DNA from: Thermoproteota archaeon | Lineage (GTDB): Archaea > Thermoproteota > Thermoprotei > Thermofilales > B9-G17 | Reading direction: 5' to 3' | Length of the DNA stretch: 64,000 nucleotides | Assembly (NCBI GenBank): GCA_029258885.1 | Contig: JAPDJW010000001.1 | Location: 36,089-100,088, forward strand | Notes under the pieces: model-generated | Database searches by the model: none | Told to the model about the DNA's origin: nothing | The model's input: the letters and a program-made list of their open reading frames with translations, nothing else | Position numbers and translations under genes: made by a program | Shown here: in pieces, positions 51,627-60,963 of the stretch | Numbering within the stretch: position 1 is the first letter of the stretch | How the letters are laid out: each line of letters begins with the position of its first letter

Positions 51627-53831
51627 GTGTCATACTTACGAGAAATAGAAGTGATTACTATGAAGATGCTTAAGAAAGGCATTAATTTCATGGGAAAAAG
51701 CGTCAAAAAATTCTCCCTAAGGCTTTCGGATCCTAGCATTATCCTGTTTTCAACATTAATTCTCATATTCTCATTGGCAGTAATTATTAGATCCATACCA
51801 CTTAAATGGGGGCTATTTTTAACGGAATTTGACCCCTACTACGAATACTACCTAGCCAAAAAAACGCTGGAAAAGGGGGTTCTATGGTGGTTCCAGTATT
51901 CTCCCTCTCAGAGGGAGTTTGATACTCTCTTCTGGTATCCTTATGGCAGAGATTTAAGGCGTACTAGTCAGCCTGGAGTGCCAATACTTGTAACACTAAT
52001 TTACATTTTCCTTAAAACTATAGGTCTGACCGTTACACTCTTGGCAATCCATGCCTTTCTCCCAGTCGTAATGTCTGGACTAAGCGTGCTATGCATTTAT
52101 CTGTTATGTAGGAAGGCTTTTAATAGCTATACCGGTCTCCTAGCAGCACTAATTTTATCCATTAATACAGCGTTGCTCGGTTCAACTACTTTAGGTAATG
52201 TTCACGACGGCATGATAATTCCGCTAATGCTATTAACATTCTATTTCATGCTTAAAGGGTTTGAAGGCAAACCAATTATATGGTCCGTATTAGCAGGATT
52301 AAGCTTAGGATTAATAGTACTAATATGGGGGGGCTTTCTTTACGTATGGAATTTGGTAGCATTATACTTTCTGGTATTGTATCTCACTAATAACCTTGAC
52401 AGAAATATGGCGGAAACATACATTATTATCGATTTAATCGCGAAGTTTTTCATTATAATTACTCCGAGACATGGCATCAGGGTTGCGTTAACTTCACTAT
52501 ATGCACTATTGCCACTAGTGACTTTAGTTGCTTGTACCTATTATCTGTTGCTTGAAAAACTGGGAGAGGAGAAGTTTAAAGGAGCAACATTTAGGCTGCT
52601 CATAGTTGTTGCCGCAGGTTTACTAGTAATAGCGGGATACTATACTGGTTTCTTCGCCAAAATAGCTGGAAGAATAATGGCCATTATAATACCTTCCGAG
52701 AGAAACCCGATTATAGAGTCGGTTGGCGAGCACAGAATTCCTACATGGAGCATGATTTTTCTAGATTACAACGTATTACTGATTTTCTCTCTCTTTGGCC
52801 TTTACATAATTCTCAGAAAAAGAAAGGTTAAGGATATCCTGATCTTACTTCTATATCTCTCATCTCTTTATGCAACAAGCTCAATGTCAAGACTATCAAT
52901 TCTTTTCAGTCCAGCCTGCGCAATATTAGCAAGCGTAGGCTTCTTTTCCCTTGCGGATAAACTATATTCAATGTATAAGGGCGAGGTAATACTACCTCGC
53001 AAAAGGCTTCAGGAATTTAGAAGAGAGCACGTAGTTTTAACATTCATCGTAGTAACATTAATATTAGTTACATCATTCGTTACGACCAACGCATTAGATT
53101 ATTGTCATCAGCCAGCGCTAATACTTACATCCAGTCTTCCAATGAGAGATACAAGCTATGAGTCGATTGACTGGATTTCAGCTCTCGAATGGATGAGGGA
53201 AAATCTTCCTGAGGATGCCGTAATTGCGTGCTGGTGGGATTATGGCTACTGGATTTCTGTAAACACTAATAGAAGTACTCTTGCAGATAACGGTACGTTA
53301 AACACCACGCAGATAGCTGAAATAGCCAGAGCTTTTCTATCCAATGAGACAGAAGCATTAAAGATATTCCACAGTTTAGGTGCCACGCATGTTGTTGTTT
53401 TTGAGCCATTCAGATCACTCCAGGGATATGATGTCTATGGCATGCCCGTGTACTTCCCTGATCCATACGGTCATGGAGACTTTGGAAAGAGCTATTGGAT
53501 GGCTAAAATAGGAGGCTTAGATCCCGATAAATATCAATATGTAACGACAGGACAATTAAGAGGTCTCTTAATACCAGCTAACAATAAGGAGGCTCTTTCA
53601 GCTACTCTATACAAGTTACTTTTCGTTAAGACTGATAGAAGGAGATTATACATATTTGAGCCTTTAGTCTGGAATTACTTTCCATCGACGTGGTGGAGCG
53701 GAAACCCGATATATAGCATAGAATCGCCGAAGTACTTTGAACTAATATATGCTTCCTATCCAAATAACTGGGTACTAGTATTCAGAATAAACTATGAAAA
53801 AGCTAATATGACGAGCCCGACTAGAAAGTAA
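51627..53831 (+). CDS. aglB: oligosaccharyltransferase AglB (STT3 family)
   Basis: 13-TM-type N-terminal region. The WWDYGYWIS motif is present. The true start may be one of the internal Met codons (MKMLKKG / MGKSVKK). Confidence 0.9.
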   Translation: MSYLREIEVITMKMLKKGINFMGKSVKKFSLRLSDPSIILFSTLILIFSLAVIIRSIPLKWGLFLTEFDPYYEYYLAKKTLEKGVLWWFQYSPSQREFDTLFWYPYGRDLRRTSQPGVPILVTLIYIFLKTIGLTVTLLAIHAFLPVVMSGLSVLCIYLLCRKAFNSYTGLLAALILSINTALLGSTTLGNVHDGMIIPLMLLTFYFMLKGFEGKPIIWSVLAGLSLGLIVLIWGGFLYVWNLVALYFLVLYLTNNLDRNMAETYIIIDLIAKFFIIITPRHGIRVALTSLYALLPLVTLVACTYYLLLEKLGEEKFKGATFRLLIVVAAGLLVIAGYYTGFFAKIAGRIMAIIIPSERNPIIESVGEHRIPTWSMIFLDYNVLLIFSLFGLYIILRKRKVKDILILLLYLSSLYATSSMSRLSILFSPACAILASVGFFSLADKLYSMYKGEVILPRKRLQEFRREHVVLTFIVVTLILVTSFVTTNALDYCHQPALILTSSLPMRDTSYESIDWISALEWMRENLPEDAVIACWWDYGYWISVNTNRSTLADNGTLNTTQIAEIARAFLSNETEALKIFHSLGATHVVVFEPFRSLQGYDVYGMPVYFPDPYGHGDFGKSYWMAKIGGLDPDKYQYVTTGQLRGLLIPANNKEALSATLYKLLFVKTDRRRLYIFEPLVWNYFPSTWWSGNPIYSIESPKYFELIYASYPNNWVLVFRINYEKANMTSPTRK

Positions 53832-53836
53832 GGTTA

Positions 53837-54007
53837 TTAGCAGTCAATTAGATTTTTAATTAGTTTTCTTCTATACTTTCCCCATCTATCCTCGGGAGAA
53901 AACCTAGCTGGATGGGGGGATCTAACCGGCCCACCACATTTTGGACATTTATCTATACTTAAAGTATAGCGTCCGCATACCGTACATTTTCTTATTTTTC
54001 CTCTCAT
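53837..54007 (-). CDS. nop10: H/ACA RNP protein Nop10
   Basis: Not in the ORF track (56 aa). Hand translation gives MRGKIRKCTVCGRYTLSIDKCPKCGGPVRSPHPARFSPEDRWGKYRRKLIKNLIDC: a zinc ribbon plus the PHPARFSPED.KY motif. Conserved position downstream of aIF2 alpha. Confidence 0.85.
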   Translation of the reverse strand: MRGKIRKCTVCGRYTLSIDKCPKCGGPVRSPHPARFSPEDRWGKYRRKLIKNLIDC

Positions 54008-54016
54008 TCTCTGCCC

Positions 54017-54826
54017 TTAAGTCTTTATTCGCTTAAAACTAAAGGAACAACCATATTGTTTTGCTCTTTCTTCCATAATTTTCAGCATGGCTGATAGGAC
54101 CTTTTCCACAATCTTGTAATCAGGTCCTTCGAGGTCTATTTTATATCTGGGGGCTCCTTCTGTGTATATACGTGTTTTTACTTCCTTGAATTGTTTAGCC
54201 ACTTTCTCACCGTCAAGTAGGACATTTTTTATGGCTATGATGCCATCCGATTTTAAGCTTCGCAAAATTATGATTCCGCTTACCTTAGCTGTTGGCAGTT
54301 CAATATATGCCTGGGCAACTTCAACAGCTACCTTAGCCAGGTCTTCAGGTATGTTTAAGCCCTGAAATGCCTTTTCGCCATATCTAGCGGCGTTTTCAAA
54401 ACCAGCGTAAATCTCCCCATAATAATCCTCAAGCTTCCATGCAAGATTTCTACAAACATAATCCAGACTCTTACCTGTTTTCTTAGCTATCAATTCAATG
54501 AGTTTCACAGCCCTCTGATACCTCTTCCATTCTTTTATCTTAGCTTTTCTCTCGGATTTATCTACACGTTTTAATGATACATCAACATGACCTTTTCTGG
54601 AGTCCACACGTATAACTTTGAAAACTCTCTTCTGCCCTTCCTTTAAAACTTCTCTTATACCCTTAAACCATGATCTCGATACCTCATTTAAAGGACAGTA
54701 TGCCTCCATTCCATCGTATTCATCTAAAGTAACAAACGCTCCATGCTCAAATATTTCGGATACTGTTCCTATAACAAGCTCATTTACTCTAGGATACTTT
54801 CTTCTCCTTATCAATTTATGATCCAC
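54017..54826 (-). CDS. eif2a: translation initiation factor aIF2 alpha subunit
   Basis: N-terminal S1 domain YPRVNELVIGTVSEIFEHGAFVTLDEYDGMEAYCPLNEVS, then helical and alpha-beta domains. 269 aa. Confidence 0.9.
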   Translation of the reverse strand: MDHKLIRRRKYPRVNELVIGTVSEIFEHGAFVTLDEYDGMEAYCPLNEVSRSWFKGIREVLKEGQKRVFKVIRVDSRKGHVDVSLKRVDKSERKAKIKEWKRYQRAVKLIELIAKKTGKSLDYVCRNLAWKLEDYYGEIYAGFENAARYGEKAFQGLNIPEDLAKVAVEVAQAYIELPTAKVSGIIILRSLKSDGIIAIKNVLLDGEKVAKQFKEVKTRIYTEGAPRYKIDLEGPDYKIVEKVLSAMLKIMEERAKQYGCSFSFKRIKT

Positions 54827-54827
54827 C

Positions 54828-55025
54828 CTACTCGAGATATTTTATAATTTTAGCCTTAATTTCAGTTTTTCCGCCCTTCGGTAATGCAAGAATCGAGTTA
54901 CATACTAAACATCTTACGACTGAGGCAGCGTGATCAAAAATTATCTGCTCGTTTTCACACTCAGGGCATCTAACAAGTACAAACTTACTCTTAGGCTCCG
55001 GGATAAGTATCTTTTTTTTCTTCAT
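54828..55025 (-). CDS. rps27e: 30S ribosomal protein S27e
   Basis: Zinc ribbon [36 protein letters not shown]. Confidence 0.9.
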   Translation of the reverse strand: MKKKKILIPEPKSKFVLVRCPECENEQIIFDHAASVVRCLVCNSILALPKGGKTEIKAKIIKYLE

Positions 55026-55026
55026 A

Positions 55027-55314
55027 TTATTTTACCACCTCGACTATTTCAAGCTTTTTTAACCTTATGCCTTCCTTCATCAATATATATCCACATTCCT
55101 TACACTTAAGCTTAAGAGTCTGCTTCTTAGTAACCTTCGCTGTCCTCTTCTGCTCCGGTTTCCTCTTAGAACCATATCCTTTCTTTTTTGCAGCATATCG
55201 TCTTTCGCCCTGTGCTAGTTTTCTTCTCTTGCCAGGCTTATAGAGCGAAGCTATATGTATTGTATGTCTTCTACAACGAGGACAATATGTTCTAATCTCC
55301 TTGGGGAACTTCAT
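55027..55314 (-). CDS. rpl44e: 50S ribosomal protein L44e
   Basis: [20 protein letters not shown]...KLKCKECGY. The internal ATG at 55314 was chosen. Confidence 0.9.
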   Translation of the reverse strand: MKFPKEIRTYCPRCRRHTIHIASLYKPGKRRKLAQGERRYAAKKKGYGSKRKPEQKRTAKVTKKQTLKLKCKECGYILMKEGIRLKKLEIVEVVK

Positions 55315-55504
55315 GCCTATCACTTGTTTATAATATTTTCCACCTTGAATCTACTTATGCTCTTGTATTTATTTTTGATGCTCGAGCAGATGAATTCTAG
55401 CACGTATTCTTTATCGGCATTAATAAATTTTATTTACTTCTTTACTTCTTTATTATGATACCCTCTATGTTGCTTTGATAATCGAGTAAGTTAGTGGTGA
55501 TGTT

Positions 55505-55774
55505 ATGTCAAAGAGAATTGAGAAAAGGTTAAGGATTAGACGGAAGCCAGATGTTAAAGAAGGCTGGGCTAAAATAAATACAAAAACCAGAGACTTACTT
55601 AACTTAAGCGGTGAATTGGAGGTAGTTGTAGGAGGAAAGAAGAGGTTTAGATTTAAAATACTAGCATTAGATGACATTCCTCCAAACGAGGTATGGTGTA
55701 ACGAGGAAGAGCTACGGAGATACGGTATAGCGGATAATACTATAGCTACTTGTAGAGCACCTTTATACGGGTAA
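55505..55774 (+). CDS. hypothetical small protein, possibly a stand-alone CDC48-N-like double-psi barrel
   Basis: 89 aa. AKINTKTRDLLNLSGELEVVVGGKK...EVWCNEEELRRYGIADNTIATCR resembles the two half-repeats of VAT-N/CDC48-N domains. Weak. Confidence 0.3.
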   Translation: MSKRIEKRLRIRRKPDVKEGWAKINTKTRDLLNLSGELEVVVGGKKRFRFKILALDDIPPNEVWCNEEELRRYGIADNTIATCRAPLYG

Positions 55775-55776
55775 TG

Positions 55777-56292
55777 TTACTCGGCTACTATCTTTATGTA
55801 ATGTTTTGTCAGATGCTTTATAGCCTTTTCAATCAAGGATATCGACTTCGATAACCTATTATAATCTCTCCTCGATACACGGACCATGTATTCGGATGTT
55901 CCGTCCGGAAACCATATAATGCTTAATCCTAAAATTCTAGCTGGATATATCAGCTGTGAAATTATATTTTTAATATCGGAACTTTTCCTAACAATTTTTA
56001 CGTTTCTTTCAAGTTTTCTCTCTAAGTACCTAACAATTTTTCTCCACAATTTCTCTGACATTTCTTTGGAATCCGTTATTAACATAAATATTGTGTTGTC
56101 AACCTGATACGACTTGTGAAACACAACGTCTTTTAGCTGTGGATATTTATTTTCAAGCAATACTAGATGATGCGATATTTCTATATCTATATCGTTTATC
56201 TTGCCCTCATCATATAATTTTTGACATTTAGCGCAGAGTATCCTTGTTTTTGCATCGAATATACATATTGGAGTTTTTACCGTCTTAACCAC
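55777..56292 (-). CDS. hypothetical protein, possibly NusA-like/KH-like RNA-binding
   Basis: 171 aa with N-terminal Cys residues (C10, C20, C23). The C-terminal segment IISQLIYPARILGLSIIWFPDGTSEYMVRV is reminiscent of NusA KH modules but lacks GxxG. Overlaps the alba 3' end by 8 nt. Confidence 0.3.
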   Translation of the reverse strand: MVKTVKTPICIFDAKTRILCAKCQKLYDEGKINDIDIEISHHLVLLENKYPQLKDVVFHKSYQVDNTIFMLITDSKEMSEKLWRKIVRYLERKLERNVKIVRKSSDIKNIISQLIYPARILGLSIIWFPDGTSEYMVRVSRRDYNRLSKSISLIEKAIKHLTKHYIKIVAE

Positions 56293-56572
56293 CCTTTGAA
56301 AGTTTTATGGTAATCGTACTTATTCTTCTAGGTGCACCGTGAGCATCCGGTAATATCTCACTACCAAGCTCTATCTTATCAATTTTTACATCTCTCATAT
56401 AGTATCGGCGTAGTCGCTCGACTACATCAACAGCCTTTGATATATTCTTACCCCTAGCCATGATAATTATTTCATTTTTCCCTTCATGAAATATCGTTAA
56501 GCACGCCAGTATATATCTGTCTATAGTCTTACTTCCTATCAGAACAGTTCCTTCGATAACCATCTTCACCAC
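56285..56572 (-). CDS. albA: chromatin/RNA-binding protein Alba (Sac10b family)
   Basis: VLIGSKTIDRYILACLTIFHEGKNEIIIMARGKNISKAVDVVERLR pattern, 95 aa. Confidence 0.85.
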   Translation of the reverse strand: MVKMVIEGTVLIGSKTIDRYILACLTIFHEGKNEIIIMARGKNISKAVDVVERLRRYYMRDVKIDKIELGSEILPDAHGAPRRISTITIKLSKGG

Positions 56573-56666
56573 TTTACAATAACCTTTCCCTATGCTCTTA
56601 TACTGTTTATGGATATTTCCTTAAGAATTTTTCCTCAAAGAGGAAAGTCAGTATGTTTTGTTTCAA

Positions 56667-58109
56667 TTAGGGCAAATTCTTGTACATATAAAAGGAGCAT
56701 GGATATTTTCTATATCCTAACCGCCTATAGTAGTCGCGTACTCCTATTCCTGAGATTACGAAAATACGTTTCTTATCGAATTCTTCGTAGGATATTCTTT
56801 CAGCTTCATGTAGGAGTTGTCTACCATACCCTCTGTGCTGCCATCCTCCAGTATTTCTCTCCCCTACTGGTATGGATGGACCATAAACGTGGAGTTCTCT
56901 TACGATAGATGATTTTTCATCGATCTCTTTTCTAATACTATCTGTGGAGGGTATCCTTAACCTTAGGAATCCTATAAGTATTTCATTTCTAGTATCTTCA
57001 AACGATAGAAATATCTCTATTCCGTCGCTGGCCGTATATTCTATTCTGGTCATTTTAATATTGTCTGGATCTGGAACCTTTCCTTCTCGAAGCATTTTAT
57101 GCCCTACTTCTCTACACCTTATACATTTACATTTCATTCCTTTTCTTAGCATGTATTGCCTTACAACCTGCCTTAAGTTCCCTATTTTACAACCTGCGGC
57201 TACATATTCAATTGGTATATCTCGCTGTATCCGCATTATTCTGACGTATTTAGGAACCAGTGCTTTCATTTTGGCTATAAGATCCACAAGCGTGACATCA
57301 TCATATGCCTTATACTCGCCCTTCCTCCACATTTCATATAGCCTCGTTCCGGGAATAACAAGTGTCGGATAGATTTTGAGCATATCCGGTCTGAAGTTAG
57401 GGTCATCAAATAATTTTTTCATCATATCCAGGTCTCTCTTAAAGTCTGATCCTGGAAGACCAGGCATAATATGGTAACATACCTTAAATCCCGAGTCCTT
57501 CAAGTGCTTTGTCGCTATAATTGTATCTCTAACGGTATGTCCCCTTCTCACAAGCCTTAGTACATCGTCGTAAATTGATTGCACTCCCAACTCCACTCGG
57601 GTAACTCCGTACCTAAGGAATCTTTCTATATGGTGGGGTTTAGCCCAATCCGGACGTGTTTCAATAGTCATGCCAACGCATCTAACATTTGCCTTCTCGT
57701 TTCTCCTGATTGCATCATCCAGATATACCCATTTCCTCTTTTTAGCTCTCGGAAATCGGTTCATAGCCTCAAGAGCCTGCGTTATAAACCACTCCTGGTA
57801 ATCCAGAGGGAACGAGGGAAATGTACCCCCCATAACTATGAGTTCCACTTTAGATGGAGTATGTCCCATTTTTACATACTGAAGCAATCTTTGCCGTACC
57901 TGCTCGTACGGATCGTAATTTAATGCTTTAGCCCTTAGTACTACAGGGGATTTCTCCACATAGCTTTGCGGCGTTCTCCAGTCAGTGCCTCCGGGACAAT
58001 AAATGCATTTACCATGAGGACATGGAAAAGGTTTTGTCATAGCTGCAACTATAACTACTCCGGAAATAGACCTGACGGGCTTCTTAACCTTTTTAATCGT
58101 TTTCAACAT
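56667..58109 (-). CDS. elp3: Elp3-like radical-SAM/GNAT enzyme (tRNA U34 cm5 modification)
   Basis: Radical-SAM cluster CPHGKCIYCPGG, a conserved central region, and a C-terminal GNAT (QHRGYGRQLLHEAERI). 480 aa. Confidence 0.9.
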   Translation of the reverse strand: MLKTIKKVKKPVRSISGVVIVAAMTKPFPCPHGKCIYCPGGTDWRTPQSYVEKSPVVLRAKALNYDPYEQVRQRLLQYVKMGHTPSKVELIVMGGTFPSFPLDYQEWFITQALEAMNRFPRAKKRKWVYLDDAIRRNEKANVRCVGMTIETRPDWAKPHHIERFLRYGVTRVELGVQSIYDDVLRLVRRGHTVRDTIIATKHLKDSGFKVCYHIMPGLPGSDFKRDLDMMKKLFDDPNFRPDMLKIYPTLVIPGTRLYEMWRKGEYKAYDDVTLVDLIAKMKALVPKYVRIMRIQRDIPIEYVAAGCKIGNLRQVVRQYMLRKGMKCKCIRCREVGHKMLREGKVPDPDNIKMTRIEYTASDGIEIFLSFEDTRNEILIGFLRLRIPSTDSIRKEIDEKSSIVRELHVYGPSIPVGERNTGGWQHRGYGRQLLHEAERISYEEFDKKRIFVISGIGVRDYYRRLGYRKYPCSFYMYKNLP

Positions 58110-58825
58110 TTATTTACCACCGCAACACATACATAATTTTGCGGGAAATATTTTGATCTTAATTTCATAGTATATATACGCTCTATAGTTAAACCATTGA
58201 TGCTGGAAACTAAGCGTCTTAATTCGCCTTTAGAAAAGAGATGGTAATATCTTTTTAACGTCCTGCCCATATGGCGCCATTTTACATAAGCATCACCTAT
58301 TTCTAAAGCCCTTCCCGTCAGGTATGTTGAGATAACTCTAACTATGTGCCTCGGCTGATATCTCGACCAAACAGTTATTACTACTATTCCCCCCTTTACA
58401 CCTACTCTTACAACATCTTCCAATACTTTTCTTCGAAACATGTTATATGGTATATGATGTAAGACAGCTATTAAGAGAATACCTTTCGCGATATTATCCC
58501 TTAGAGGTAGCGATAGAATATCTGCAACTATAACATCTAAGTTGGCATCAAGCTTACGTCGTTTCGCCTTTCTTAAAGTCACTTTACACATATTATATGC
58601 TACATCTACAGCTAAGACTCTATGAGATCTAGCCAATACTAAGCTATATCTCCCAGTACCAGCACCAAGATCAATTATATAGCGATCAGGCTCTATCCTA
58701 ACAATATAATCCATCAGTTCACTCCAAATTTTACCTCGAGTTCTATCATAGCTAAAGTAGATTCTCTCAAATACATCCTTGATATTTTTTCTAACTATTT
58801 CGTAGTATTCTTTGGCTGAGTACAT
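58103..58825 (-). CDS. class I SAM-dependent methyltransferase (type 11)
   Basis: IIDLGAGTGRYS motif I, AVDVA post-I, ADILSLPL, LLIAVLHHIP. Its 3' end overlaps the elp3 start by 7 nt. Confidence 0.75.
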   Translation of the reverse strand: MYSAKEYYEIVRKNIKDVFERIYFSYDRTRGKIWSELMDYIVRIEPDRYIIDLGAGTGRYSLVLARSHRVLAVDVAYNMCKVTLRKAKRRKLDANLDVIVADILSLPLRDNIAKGILLIAVLHHIPYNMFRRKVLEDVVRVGVKGGIVVITVWSRYQPRHIVRVISTYLTGRALEIGDAYVKWRHMGRTLKRYYHLFSKGELRRLVSSINGLTIERIYTMKLRSKYFPQNYVCVAVVNKC

Positions 58826-58883
58826 ATCTCTCTATTTTCTATACTCTCTGTACCAATTTCCGAGTCAACTATTAAAAATATTT

Positions 58884-60293
58884 TCAGCGATTATTCCTTA
58901 TCTTCACTACCTCCTTCTCAAGAATAGTTATACTCTCTGTCAGTTTCATAACATGTTTTTCAAGGGCCTCTAATCTTAGATTAAGTTCTTTCATATCACT
59001 CTCTTCTGCTGATGTCCTCTTTTTTCTGTCAACGAATCTCAGCTTGTTTTTCGTACTTTCTAGGTACGGTTCTCTTTCTATAGCTTTCGGTATGTATATT
59101 TTTCTAAGTTTGCCGTCCTTCAATACTAATGCTTCTCCTACCCTCAAGTCTAGGGGATTTATATTATAGTTACTAGGCAATCCCATGCTTTCTATTTCCT
59201 TTCCGTGAAGTCGATGCATTACAACTATTCTAGAGTTTTTTATTATACTTTTAGCGGTTTCGCTGGGGAATTGAGATACGGCGATAATTAACTCGCCGAA
59301 TTTCCTTAGTTCAGCAAATATTCTTTCACCAATGCTGGGTTGTGAATCCAGTCGTCGATAGGGAATAATGTTCCATGCCTCTTCTATTACAGTAGCATGC
59401 AACACCTTATTTGATATGGGACGTAAATGTGAGGCATAATCGTATAGTAGTTTGAGAAGTATTAAAACGAAGAGTTTCCTCGAGTAGATGCTTCTAAATA
59501 CGCTCAGATCAATCAATACATTCTCTTCAAAGAGTACGTTTACATCATATCCACCGCCAAATGCCTTTCCTGCTCTTCCCTCGCTAAGGCTACTTAGCCT
59601 TCTCCTAAGCGCCATTTTAATTTCATTATCATAAAAACTTCTTATGGGTAACCTCTCTATAACATGAAGCAACTCGCGTATAGTCGGCTCTCCATATTTG
59701 TTAAATGCCTCTGTTAATGCAACTTTTAACATATACTTTTGCGGCTCAGATAGCTTATATACGTCGCCGAAAAGATCCACTAAAAACTCTATGTGCTCCG
59801 TTAAGTCACCATATGCCTTATAGAGCGGATTTATAGCAAAGTTCTCACCCGGAATTAAGACCTTAAAGAAATTAGAAACATATGGATAATACTCTCCATG
59901 CCAGTCGAGCACAAGCGTGGGAGTAAGTCTGCTAATTTGGTTTAAAATAAATTTTACGGTGTTGGATTTTCCGCTTCCCGTAGATCCGAAAAGACATATG
60001 TGCCCTGGTTCAAGTTTCATTACTACAGGAAAAATTCCGCTGAAGCCTAGCAAGATTCTACTGCCCTTAGAGAAAATTCTCCTATATAAATTAATCATAG
60101 TATTTTTACTTAATATAATTGGTATTAAAATACATAAAATAAATAGGTATAAAATATATTCTTTGTAAGAGCTTAATAAAGTTCCTCCGTTGCCGATATA
60201 TGATAAGAATTTTATGTTTTTCAGAGAAAATATGACCATTAAAGCTATAATACTCCATAAGATTCTAGTAGGAATATTGGTATTTTTCATCAA
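58884..60293 (-). CDS. membrane-anchored HerA/FtsK-superfamily (DUF87-type) ATPase
   Basis: Two N-terminal TM helices. Walker A GHICLFGSTGSGKSNT, Walker-B-like TVIEEAWN, and a C-terminal coiled coil (LNLRLEALEKHVMKLTESITILEKEV). Confidence 0.65.
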   Translation of the reverse strand: MMKNTNIPTRILWSIIALMVIFSLKNIKFLSYIGNGGTLLSSYKEYILYLFILCILIPIILSKNTMINLYRRIFSKGSRILLGFSGIFPVVMKLEPGHICLFGSTGSGKSNTVKFILNQISRLTPTLVLDWHGEYYPYVSNFFKVLIPGENFAINPLYKAYGDLTEHIEFLVDLFGDVYKLSEPQKYMLKVALTEAFNKYGEPTIRELLHVIERLPIRSFYDNEIKMALRRRLSSLSEGRAGKAFGGGYDVNVLFEENVLIDLSVFRSIYSRKLFVLILLKLLYDYASHLRPISNKVLHATVIEEAWNIIPYRRLDSQPSIGERIFAELRKFGELIIAVSQFPSETAKSIIKNSRIVVMHRLHGKEIESMGLPSNYNINPLDLRVGEALVLKDGKLRKIYIPKAIEREPYLESTKNKLRFVDRKKRTSAEESDMKELNLRLEALEKHVMKLTESITILEKEVVKIRNNR

Positions 60294-60414
60294 TACTTAT
60301 TAATAAAATGGTTTATAGAAGTGTAGCTTACAAGGGTAGCACTAATAATATTAGGGAGGACCCAAAATAGAGTTTTCAATATAAGTATAGGAACATTAAG
60401 CTAAAGAGGGGTGT

Positions 60415-60963
60415 ATGATGAATAAAATAAAGGGTGTGCTGTACGACGACGGCGTAATAGTTTGGGACATTGAGAGTGCAAAGATGCTTTATAAGAATGG
60501 TTTTTATGGTAAATATTTGGGGGTTAGAAAGGCTAAAGAGCTGGAAATGGATAAGCCTCTTCAGCTTTCTCTAATTGAGGCAGTCTATTTATTTGAGAAA
60601 AATATATTAGAGGTATATCTCGGAGGAAGAAAGCTCTCATACTATGAGTTAAGAAAAATAGCCTCCTCTAAAATACTGCTTTTCGAGGACATATACATAG
60701 TTTATAAAGATCTGAGGGATCGCGGCTATGTAGTAAAATCTGGCATGAAGTTCGGAGCTACATTTGCCGTATATGAGCATGGCCCTGGAATAGATCATGC
60801 GCCTTTCCTTGTACATGTGCTTTCTTTTGAAGACGAATTGGATCCTCTAGAGATCGTGAGAGCTGGTAGGCTCTCACATTCGGTTCGTAAAAAATTTGTA
60901 ATAGCAGTAGTAGACCCGATATCGAGAAAACCTTACTACTACATTTTTAAGTGGTTCGGTTAA
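60415..60963 (+). CDS. endA: tRNA-splicing endonuclease, catalytic subunit
   Basis: LSLIEAVYL, VYKDLRDRGYVVKSGMKFGATFAVYE..G....HAPFLVHV, and the catalytic Y/H/K context. 182 aa. Confidence 0.85.
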   Translation: MMNKIKGVLYDDGVIVWDIESAKMLYKNGFYGKYLGVRKAKELEMDKPLQLSLIEAVYLFEKNILEVYLGGRKLSYYELRKIASSKILLFEDIYIVYKDLRDRGYVVKSGMKFGATFAVYEHGPGIDHAPFLVHVLSFEDELDPLEIVRAGRLSHSVRKKFVIAVVDPISRKPYYYIFKWFG

